From the NCBI GenBank assembly GCA_934130485.1, contig CAKOYE010000002.1, positions 1 to 62,618 on the forward strand: a stretch of 62,618 bases of DNA, written 5' to 3'. This document shows, in pieces, positions 20,264 to 28,025 of this stretch. The position numbers were made by a program, and so were the translations under genes. Numbering within the stretch: the stretch's first letter is position 1; every line of letters starts with the position of its first letter. Origin of the DNA: an uncultured Bacilli bacterium (GTDB lineage: Bacteria > Bacillota_I > Bacilli_A > RF39 > UBA660). A model generated the notes under the pieces. It worked only from the letters and a program-made list of their open reading frames with translations, had not been told where the DNA came from and did not search any database.

Positions 20264-21382
20264 CTAAATATCATAATTTGTAATCAATAAGTGTTCTACT
20301 TTTTTATCATTTCTGTTCATAAAACTTACTAAATATTTCTTATCAAATGATCTAATGTTAAATCCACAATTTTTATACAACGAATAAATAAAATCCGTAT
20401 TTTTAATTACAAGCATAAATTTTGCTTTAGTATTTTTTAGATAATTTGCCAACCTTATTTGATCATCTTTATCAAAATCATTTTTTGCATAAGTAGAAAA
20501 TTCTGTATCATATGGAGGATCTAAAAACATAAAATCATTTTCTGTCAATTCAACTTTATCACAAAATTTTTCAAAATCATAACAATATATTTTTGTATTA
20601 CCCATGTAACTCTTTAAACTTTCAGATGATAAATATTCTATTTTTTTATTAAAGTCTTTTCTGTTATAGCTAATTCCGCCATATGGAACATTGAATTCTC
20701 CATTTGCATTATATCTAAACATTGCAGCATAGCAGTAATCTCTTATAAAATAAAAGACTGCGCAATAAAATTCATCACTTAATTTTAATTTTTTTCGGTT
20801 GTTATATAAATATCTAAAATACATATAATATGCGCTCTTAAATGCAGTTTCAATGTTAGCCATGATATCAGTATCAGACATCTTACCTTTTTGAGTTTCT
20901 ATTTTAAGCATTCTAGATATCTTTGACTTAAGGTTTTTATTAAATTCTATATTCAAATTATATAAATTAATATCAACTTCATCTCTTAATAGTTTATCAA
21001 ATTCTTTCGAGTGAGATTTCATAAAAACGTTTATCAGTTCATTTAGAGAGTCATTATCATTCTTGTACTTAGAATAAAGATTCAATAATTCATTATAATT
21101 TTTTTCGACTATTTCTTGAAGAAAAATCCAATTCTTATTAATTTCGTTTAACGATTTAAAAAATTCTGGACTACCTTTTTTTATTAATTTATATAAAAGA
21201 ATTAATTCATCAGATTTATCATTAATAACAGAATTAGAGCAATCAACATTTAAATAAACAGCTCCACCACCCACAAATGGTTCCACATATCTGCTAAATT
21301 CTTTAGGTAAATTTTCTTTTATAATTGGCCATTCTTTTTCTTTACCACCAGCCCATTTTATAAATGGTTTTCTATTTATCAT
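20264..21382 (-). CDS. Dam-family (D12 class) N6-adenine DNA methyltransferase with enlarged middle region
   Basis: Contains IKWAGGKEKEW, motif I EPFVGGGAVYL and motif IV FLDPPYDTEF. The 372-aa length exceeds the ~280 aa typical of Dam. An AGGAGGG SD is present. Confidence 0.85.
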   Translation of the reverse strand: MINRKPFIKWAGGKEKEWPIIKENLPKEFSRYVEPFVGGGAVYLNVDCSNSVINDKSDELILLYKLIKKGSPEFFKSLNEINKNWIFLQEIVEKNYNELLNLYSKYKNDNDSLNELINVFMKSHSKEFDKLLRDEVDINLYNLNIEFNKNLKSKISRMLKIETQKGKMSDTDIMANIETAFKSAYYMYFRYLYNNRKKLKLSDEFYCAVFYFIRDYCYAAMFRYNANGEFNVPYGGISYNRKDFNKKIEYLSSESLKSYMGNTKIYCYDFEKFCDKVELTENDFMFLDPPYDTEFSTYAKNDFDKDDQIRLANYLKNTKAKFMLVIKNTDFIYSLYKNCGFNIRSFDKKYLVSFMNRNDKKVEHLLITNYDI

Positions 21383-21532
21383 ATTTTGCCCTCCTGTTAA
21401 TAATCTTCTACTAATAATTATACCATTAAACTAACATTTTTCCTACAAAAGTAAACATAATTTGTTTATTTTTAATAACTACTTGTAATATTTTTGATAA
21501 AGAGTTATTAATACAACAGTTTGGAGGTAAAT

Positions 21533-21856
21533 ATGTTTAGGAAAACTGTTAACGGTGATATTACTGATGAAGATTTTAAAAAAATTCTTATTCCGTTTAA
21601 TGATAATTATGATGAATTTTTAGAAGATTATATTATGCCTGAAGTAATAGCTTTTTATATTGCAAATTCATTCTATCGTGATGCAATGTGGAAAGGTAGC
21701 TTTAAGCAACATTATAATTCTGCTGCTGATATAATTAACTACTTTGATGAAGATTATGAAAAAGTTAAAGTCGATGTTATCAATTTATTAAAAATAAAAT
21801 ATGCATTAGAAATAATTAGCGAAGATCCACTCATTCTTAAAACAACGAAATATTAG
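21533..21856 (+). CDS. Acidic hypothetical protein divergent from the methylase
   Basis: ORF 21521..21856. The ATG at 21533 follows GGAGGTAAAT. A palindromic terminator (TTAGCAATTGCTAA plus a T-run) lies downstream. Confidence 0.5.
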   Translation: MFRKTVNGDITDEDFKKILIPFNDNYDEFLEDYIMPEVIAFYIANSFYRDAMWKGSFKQHYNSAADIINYFDEDYEKVKVDVINLLKIKYALEIISEDPLILKTTKY

Positions 21857-22157
21857 CAATTGCTAATCTTTTTTATTGTAGTAGTAATAGTACAATAAAA
21901 TATATTCTTTATTCTTTTCTTATTCTTATCCATATCCTTATCCTTTATCCTTATCCTAGGAGGTCAATCATTTCGTTTGGTTTTGTTTTGATTTGAATTT
22001 GATTTAGAAATGATTTTGTCTTTGTTTAATATTGATTTTATTTTGATTATCTCTATTTTTTCCAAAAAACTCACGGAAAATTTATGATTGTGTGAATTTG
22101 GGTGGCTGGTCGGTCTTGAAATTAATCTTATAATTCTATCTTTCCATCCGGGGGTAT

Positions 22158-22412
22158 CTATTTATGTAATGCTAAAATATCTTTTAAATAATTTAGATCT
22201 ATACTAAAATATTTTAATACTTCCACCATAGGTACTAATCCTCTATTTCTAAGTTTTGTGTTATCACTGTATAATGCTAATGATATTTCACTTCTAATTG
22301 CATATGCCTTATTTCTTCCTACACTACCTAGCATCATTATATCTTTTGCAGTAGCCCATTGACTTGATGCAATTTCTAATATTTGTTCAGCATTTAATTT
22401 TTCACTATTCAT
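22158..22412 (-). CDS. Small DNA-binding protein, excisionase/DUF3173-like (tentative)
   Basis: 84 aa from the ATG at 22412, with AAGGGA upstream. The pattern TAKDIMMLGSVGRNKAYAIRSEI...LVPMVEVLKYFSID resembles small HTH proteins found next to ICE/IME integrases. It is divergent from int. Confidence 0.45.
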   Translation of the reverse strand: MNSEKLNAEQILEIASSQWATAKDIMMLGSVGRNKAYAIRSEISLALYSDNTKLRNRGLVPMVEVLKYFSIDLNYLKDILALHK

Positions 22413-22521
22413 TTTCTCATCCCTTTCTATTATTAATTTGAAGTGTGCTAAACTTTTAAAAAATAATTGTAATAAATATATACTGTAATTTTTTAAATAA
22501 TAAAAGTATATTTTATATATA

Positions 22522-22627
22522 ACTATAGTCACTATAGCATACTTTTAACTGTCATTTACTATCATCTTACTAGCAATTACTATCACTTAACTATCATTTA
22601 CTATCATTCTACTATCAATTACTATCA
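22522..22627. repeat. Array of ~10 ACTATCA-type 7-mers phased at 10-11 bp
   Basis: ACTATCA starts at 22558, 22579, 22590, 22600, 22611 and 22621. Degenerate copies are ACTATAG at 22522 and 22532, ACTGTCA at 22548, and ACTAGCA at 22569. Confidence 0.8.
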
Positions 22628-22894
22628 ACTTGCTCTTATTTGGTTGATTTTAGTTTTTTTTGTGATATATTGATTACAGTCAGATAGATACAAACTATTT
22701 GATTAAGTTTCTAAAGTATGCTAACATTACAACACACTTGTAAAAGCATATAAAAAGATCTACTGTTGGCGCAGCAGATCAAATAGAAACACAAATTAAA
22801 AGTTTAGCACAACTTTAACATTTTAATAATGTAATTGGGTTTCCATTTACATTATATCACTATGCTTTTATTCATACAAGGAGATGATGATATA

Positions 22895-24007
22895 ATGGGA
22901 GTTTATAAAGCAAAATCTGAAAAAACTAAAGATGGCCGTGTCTGGTTTTTTAGAGTCAGATATCAAGATATAGATGGTAGAAATGCACAGTATAAGTCTG
23001 GAAAATTTGCTACTAAAAAAGAAGCAGAAGATGCAGAACTTGAATTTAGGTTAAAAATACATAGACATGAGAATATGGATAAAATAACCTTAGATGAAAT
23101 GATTGATATATTCATCGAGAATAGAACTTCTACTATTGAGGTTAAGCCTACTACTCTATATAATTATGGTAATAAAAGAATCCATTTAAAAAGTTTATTA
23201 AATATCAAACTAAAAGATTTTAATATTAATCACTATGATAATTGGAAAAAGCAAATGAATGAAACTAATATTTCAACAAGATATAAAAATGACATATTAA
23301 AATTTCTAAAATCAGTATTAAACTTTGCTATGACTTGGTATGATTTTAATATTAATAAAGTTTATAATAAAATGACTAAGTTTAGTAATGCTTCTGATAT
23401 ACCAAAAGAAATGATGTATTTTACATATGATCAATGGAAACAATTTATTTCTGTTGAAACTAATTTACAAAGTAAAGTTATGTTTGAAATATTATATTAT
23501 TGTGGTTTAAGAAAAGGTGAACTTAGAGGATTGACTTGGAAAAATATTGATCTTGTTAATAAAACCTTATCTGTTAAAAAGCAAATTACAGATCGTGGTG
23601 GTTCAGTTAAAGAGTTCCAATTTTCCACTTCAAAGACTAAAAGTAGTATAAGAAGCCTGCCTCTTAACAAAGTACTCTTAAACGACCTTAAAATGCTCAA
23701 AAATGAGGTATCTAAAGAGTATGGATTCAATGATGATTACTTTGTTATTGGTGATGCTTTCCCTGTTGCAAGTAATACTATTACATCAAGAAAAAATCGC
23801 AACTGTAAATTAGCTAATGTACCTCAAATTAGGATCCATGATTTCAGACACTCCTGTGCATCCCTACTTGTTAATAACGAGGCTAATATAACTGTTGTAG
23901 CTAAATATCTAGGTCACACTAAAATAGAAGAAACATTAAATACTTATACACATCTATTCAATTCTACATTAAATGAAGTTGTCGATTTAATTGATAAGTT
24001 AGAGTAA
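22895..24007 (+). CDS. Tyrosine-type site-specific integrase with N-terminal arm-binding (AP2-like) domain
   Basis: ATG at 22895 follows AAGGAGA. The N-terminus is MGVYKAKSEKTKDGRVWFFRVRYQD. The catalytic region has GLRKGELRGLTW, IRIHDFRHSCASLL and LGHTKIEETLNTYTH (R..HxxR..H..Y). Confidence 0.85.
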   Translation: MGVYKAKSEKTKDGRVWFFRVRYQDIDGRNAQYKSGKFATKKEAEDAELEFRLKIHRHENMDKITLDEMIDIFIENRTSTIEVKPTTLYNYGNKRIHLKSLLNIKLKDFNINHYDNWKKQMNETNISTRYKNDILKFLKSVLNFAMTWYDFNINKVYNKMTKFSNASDIPKEMMYFTYDQWKQFISVETNLQSKVMFEILYYCGLRKGELRGLTWKNIDLVNKTLSVKKQITDRGGSVKEFQFSTSKTKSSIRSLPLNKVLLNDLKMLKNEVSKEYGFNDDYFVIGDAFPVASNTITSRKNRNCKLANVPQIRIHDFRHSCASLLVNNEANITVVAKYLGHTKIEETLNTYTHLFNSTLNEVVDLIDKLE

Positions 24008-24067
24008 AATAAAAGCTAGGAAAATACCCCAGCTATTTTGCTTATTTAAAATATAAAAGATCACCAA

Positions 24068-25045
24068 TTATATAGATTCAATATCAAAAGCATAATCATA
24101 ACTAATTTTATCAAAAAATTCTGGAGACATAAACGCTTTCTCTTTATGAGAAAAATCTACTATATCTTTTGAACCAAATTTTTTAAATTTTTCTTTAACT
24201 TGTTTCAAAATTTTTAATTCTTCTTCATCAAATATTGACGGATCAAATTCTTTATTTGCACTTATATTATGGCTTTCATATTGATTATTATATTCTATTT
24301 TATACTCAATCAAGTTTTCTTTTGAACATTCATTTAAAATAGATTCAAATTGATCTGGAACTGGCCCAAATTGTAATTTTGCATACTCTAGTCCTGTTAT
24401 TGATTTGCACGTATTTTTATAATACAAAAAATCAGTATAGAACATTTCCTTTAATAATTTTGTTTTTAATACAGTTTGATTTGCAAAATATAGAATCATG
24501 TTATAAATTTTTTCTTTTGAGAGTTTTGAATATCCGTTATACTCATTTGGAATATATTCACTATCGAAAATCAATTGTTTAGTATTATTTGGTAAAAAAG
24601 CAGCTATTTTTTCATTTATTTTATTAAATTCTTTTTCAGTAAATTGTTCTTTGTTTGCATCAATTATTGTTTTTATAGTTTCTGGCTTTGATAACAAACT
24701 TCTTAATATTATTAAATAACTATCGTTTGGAATTGATTTACCTTTTTCATAACTTATCAGTGTTTTTTTTGCACACCCTATTATTTTAGCAAATAATTCT
24801 TGTGATAAATTAAATCTATTTCTTAAATCTACAATCTCTTCTTTTGTAATTCCATACTCCTCATTATATTTATGAATTGCAATCTCAGACGCTCTATTAT
24901 CTAAATCAGAATCATATACTAAGCTATTACATGATTTACAAAAACGTCTTTTTGCAATAAATGAAATATTCTTACCTTTAATATTATAATTATGCTCATA
25001 ATCTTTTATATAAGTTTCTTGACTTTTACAAATATCACATCTCAT
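24068..25045 (-). CDS. Composite antitoxin: MqsA-like zinc-ribbon plus XRE HTH fused to a SocA/Panacea (DUF4065)-like domain
   Basis: ATG at 25045 follows AAGGAGAG. The CDIC...CKSC zinc ribbon is followed by the HTH LSQELFAKIIGCAKKTLISYEKG. The C-terminal segment LLKEMFYTDFLYYK..TGLEYAKLQFGPVP fits the DUF4065 pattern. Confidence 0.65.
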   Translation of the reverse strand: MRCDICKSQETYIKDYEHNYNIKGKNISFIAKRRFCKSCNSLVYDSDLDNRASEIAIHKYNEEYGITKEEIVDLRNRFNLSQELFAKIIGCAKKTLISYEKGKSIPNDSYLIILRSLLSKPETIKTIIDANKEQFTEKEFNKINEKIAAFLPNNTKQLIFDSEYIPNEYNGYSKLSKEKIYNMILYFANQTVLKTKLLKEMFYTDFLYYKNTCKSITGLEYAKLQFGPVPDQFESILNECSKENLIEYKIEYNNQYESHNISANKEFDPSIFDEEELKILKQVKEKFKKFGSKDIVDFSHKEKAFMSPEFFDKISYDYAFDIESI

Positions 25046-25058
25046 AATCACACTCTCC

Positions 25059-25415
25059 TTAATTGTGATCAATATGGAAAGATAAACATACTGTTGCGTC
25101 ATTATTATTATATTCTTCTATTTTTATCTTTATATACACTTTACACCCATTTATCATTTTTTTGAATGTAAGCGCATCATCTGAACGTTTTGCATAAAAT
25201 GGTTTATAATCATGTACATAATTTTGAGCAGATAAAGTAAGTATCTCACTCCAAGCCATTTCTTCAGTTATTCCAATATCTAATAATTCTTGGATATAAT
25301 CACGATCTTTTCGACTAGCGAATCTTTTATATCCTTGATTGATTAATTTTTTCATTCTTGATAATTGTTTTAATTGTTCGCTCATCATCATCATCATTAA
25401 GCTGTCACCACTCAT
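25059..25415 (-). CDS. MqsR-like type II toxin (tentative)
   Basis: About 108-118 aa; the start is ambiguous within a run of ATGs. The C-terminus ...GCKVYIKIKIEEYNNNDATVCLSFHIDHN resembles the MqsR-family terminal beta strands. It lies 13 nt upstream of the MqsA-like antitoxin. Confidence 0.5.
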   Translation of the reverse strand: MSGDSLMMMMMSEQLKQLSRMKKLINQGYKRFASRKDRDYIQELLDIGITEEMAWSEILTLSAQNYVHDYKPFYAKRSDDALTFKKMINGCKVYIKIKIEEYNNNDATVCLSFHIDHN

Positions 25416-25527
25416 TTCTAATTACGCAATTCTCTTTTCCATTTAATCCTTTCATTCATTTAAATGGTAACATATGTAACCTATTTTGTCAATATACTTT
25501 AAATACATTTTCTGATTTTTAGAAAAT

Positions 25528-25547
25528 GGTACCTAATTGGTACCTAA
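25528..25547. promoter_or_regulatory. Tandem GGTACCTAA sites (candidate integrase arm-type sites, P arm)
   Basis: GGTACCTAATTGGTACCTAA lies 50 nt inside the right-end repeat. Confidence 0.45.
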
Positions 25548-25595
25548 TCCTATTTTTAGATAATTATCAAATCAGGAAAACCTTTATATTCCCTA

Positions 25596-25638
25596 CAAAA
25601 AATGAGAGCGACATAAGTTAATCGCTCTCTTCAGGGGG
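25596..25638. repeat. Candidate attR core, overlapping the recG terminator
   Basis: The sequence is CAAAAAATGAGAGC-gacataagttaatc-GCTCTCTTCAGGGGG. Confidence 0.5.
25597..25629 (-). terminator. Rho-independent terminator downstream of recG
   Basis: On the minus strand, GAGAGCGA-ttaacttatg-TCGCTCTC forms an 8-bp stem followed by ATTTTTT. Confidence 0.6.
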
Positions 25639-25745
25639 TTTGGTTATACTCTCACATTAAAAACCGTAAGAGCAATCGCGTGAACTACTATCACGCTATA
25701 GTAATAATACACTAAAAATCATTAAAAGTCAACTTTATAATTTTA

Positions 25746-27743
25746 TTAATCAAGTCCATTAGAACTATATAGTAATTCTTTTAATTTATTTGTTTTTATA
25801 TCAGAATATAAATCAATATTTTTTAAATATTCATCACTATCACTTTTTGCCCTTAGCAAAATATCATAATCATTTTTAATATTTGCCAATTTAAAATTCA
25901 TATCACCACTTTGTCTAACACCAAATAAGTCACCACTACCACGGAGTTTAAAATCCTCCTCACTGATTTTAAATCCGTCATTAGTTTCAGTTAAAATTTT
26001 TAATCTTTCTGTATTCTTATTACTAATTAAAATACAATATGATTGTAAACTATTTCTTCCCACTCTACCACGAAGTTGATGAATAGCTGACAACCCAAAT
26101 CTATAACTATCAAAAATAACCATCATAGTTGCATTTTTTACATCTACTCCAACTTCAATTACAGTAGTACTAACTAAAATTTGAACAATATTTTTTTCAA
26201 ATTTTTCCATTACTTCTTCTTTTTCCTGTGCAGTCATTTTTCCATGTAACATACCAACATTATATATTTTACCAAAAGCCTTATTCATTTTTTCATACAA
26301 TTCATTAATATTTTCTAAACTAATTTTATCACTTTCTTCAATTAGAGGCGCTATCACATATACTTGATGACCATCTTTTAATTGTTCATACATCATATTT
26401 AAAACTTCTTTTATTTGATTATCATTTTTTAAATATGTAATAATTTCTTTTCTACCAGATGGTAATGTTTTTATACTTGAGATATCCATATCACCATATA
26501 TAGTAAGTGCGTATGTTCTTGGAATTGGTGTTGCACTCATATATAAAACATCAGGAACAAATCCTTTGTTTTTTAAACTTGCTCGTTGATTAACGCCAAA
26601 TCTATGCTGTTCATCAGTAATAACTAATCCTAGATTATTATATTTTACATCATCTGTAAATAAGGCATGTGTACCTATAACTACATCAATTTCACCATTT
26701 TGTAATTTTTCATAAATTATTTTTTTATCTTTTGATTTTAGTTTTCCAGTAAGTAAAGATACATTAATATTGTATTTTTCAAATAGCTTTTTAACATTTT
26801 CAAAATGTTGAGTAGCTAATATTTCAGTTGGTGCCATTAAAGCACTTTGATATCCACCTAAGTAATTTATATACATAGAAATTATTGCTAATATAGTTTT
26901 ACCACTTCCAACATCACCTTGTATAAGTCTATTCATTCTTTTTTCACTAATTAAATCATTATATATTTCATCAACGCATTTTTCTTGATCAGGTGTTAGT
27001 TTAAAGCTTAGATTTGAAATAAATTCATTAATCTTATTTTTATCTACAATTCTTTTTAACCCAAATTGAAAATTATTTTTTAGTTTTAAGTAATTAATCT
27101 TTAACATAAACAAAAATAATTCTTCATACTTAAGTCTATATAAGGCACGCTTTAACGCATCAATATTATTGGGTATATGGCATATTTTAATCGCATCATT
27201 TTTATTTATTAAATTATATTTTTTTATATATTCATCGGGTACATAATCAAATATAAAAATATTATTTTTTAATGATTCCAAAATATAACTATGTATTTTA
27301 TTAGAACTAATGCTATAATTTGCGTGATATATTGGTTCAATTTGTGGAGTGTCAGGTAATTTACAAAATTTTATGTCACTAGCTATTATAGTATTATGCT
27401 TCAAATCAAATTTTCCTATAATGGTTATATCTCCACCTACCAAAATATTCTTTTTTAAAAAGCCTCGATTATATATAATAACTGTGATAATTTTATTTCC
27501 AATATTAATTTTAAATGTCATTTTATCACGTCTTTTTCCAAAGAAAAAAACAGTTGGAATACTATAAACAGTTCCATCTAATACTACATTATCACCATTC
27601 TGTATTAAAGATAAATCACTTCTTTTTAAAATATTATATCTAAAAGGATAATATGAAATCAAAGATTCCATATCATATATTCCTAATTTGTTTAAATATG
27701 TAATAGTTTTTGGACCAATACCACTAATTTTATCTAATTCCAT
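25746..27743 (-). CDS. recG: ATP-dependent DNA helicase RecG
   Basis: Start MELDKISGIGPKT...YYPFRY after AGGTGGA; an alternative ATG lies at 27761. Walker A is GDVGSGKT, DEAH-type box is ITDEQHRFG, and motif VI is QLRGRVGR. The wedge-domain spacing is typical of RecG. Confidence 0.9.
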   Translation of the reverse strand: MELDKISGIGPKTITYLNKLGIYDMESLISYYPFRYNILKRSDLSLIQNGDNVVLDGTVYSIPTVFFFGKRRDKMTFKINIGNKIITVIIYNRGFLKKNILVGGDITIIGKFDLKHNTIIASDIKFCKLPDTPQIEPIYHANYSISSNKIHSYILESLKNNIFIFDYVPDEYIKKYNLINKNDAIKICHIPNNIDALKRALYRLKYEELFLFMLKINYLKLKNNFQFGLKRIVDKNKINEFISNLSFKLTPDQEKCVDEIYNDLISEKRMNRLIQGDVGSGKTILAIISMYINYLGGYQSALMAPTEILATQHFENVKKLFEKYNINVSLLTGKLKSKDKKIIYEKLQNGEIDVVIGTHALFTDDVKYNNLGLVITDEQHRFGVNQRASLKNKGFVPDVLYMSATPIPRTYALTIYGDMDISSIKTLPSGRKEIITYLKNDNQIKEVLNMMYEQLKDGHQVYVIAPLIEESDKISLENINELYEKMNKAFGKIYNVGMLHGKMTAQEKEEVMEKFEKNIVQILVSTTVIEVGVDVKNATMMVIFDSYRFGLSAIHQLRGRVGRNSLQSYCILISNKNTERLKILTETNDGFKISEEDFKLRGSGDLFGVRQSGDMNFKLANIKNDYDILLRAKSDSDEYLKNIDLYSDIKTNKLKELLYSSNGLD

Positions 27744-27868
27744 ATATCCACCTACAATCATTTATATTTTAGCAAACTTTTGTTCGATAATCAATATTTT
27801 TTAAAATTATTTAATTTTTTTATCAAAAAAATATTGACTTTTTTCGCATTTTCGATTAGTATATACAG

Positions 27869-27962
27869 TACCAATTCGATTTAGACGAATTGGAGCTAGT
27901 ATCACACTAGCCAACCCCTTTTTATTCTTTTTTGGAACTGTTAATCCGGCAGTTCCTTTTTT
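27869..27962 (+). ncRNA. Candidate orphan small RNA (~95 nt) with its own promoter and terminator
   Basis: TTGACT at 27834..27839 with TAGTAT 17 nt downstream. Hairpins are at 27871..27893 (CCAATTCG/CGAATTGG) and 27895..27911 (GCTAGT/ACTAGC). A single-stranded AACCCCUUUUUU follows. The terminator is GGAACTG-9 nt-CAGTTCC plus T6 (27934..27962). There is no ATG-initiated ORF and no downstream plus-strand gene. Confidence 0.45.
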
Positions 27963-28025
27963 GTGAAATTAATTAACGTGCTATTTTTAATATACAAAAA
28001 AAGGATATCAAAATCCTTTAATAAT

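Larger units (their letters stand above)
14248..25638. mobile_element. Putative integrative genomic island (~11.4 kb) inserted at the recG terminator
   Basis: Imperfect direct repeats at 14248..14279 and 25596..25638. Tandem GGTACCTAA sites lie just inside each end. It contains a tyrosine integrase, an xis-like gene, a TA pair and a methylase-containing operon. No capsid or terminase genes are present. Confidence 0.55.

Noticed and set aside
22010-22087. 25-aa hydrophobic peptide ORF (MILSLFNIDFILIISIFSKKLTENL) that could be a type I toxin.
   Set aside because: There is no SD within 15 nt of the ATG and no obvious antisense RNA or promoter. It lies in a repeat-rich stretch where such ORFs arise by chance. 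It could be revisited if RNA-seq shows a transcript.
22522-22627. Possible CRISPR array or tandem repeat-encoded peptide.
   Set aside because: The repeat unit is only 7 nt with 3-4 nt between units, there are no unique spacers, and no cas genes are in the window.
14248-25638. Interpretation of the island as a prophage.
   Set aside because: There are no terminase, portal, capsid, tail or lysis genes. At 11.4 kb with an integrase, a TA pair and a methylase operon, it fits a small genomic island or IME better.
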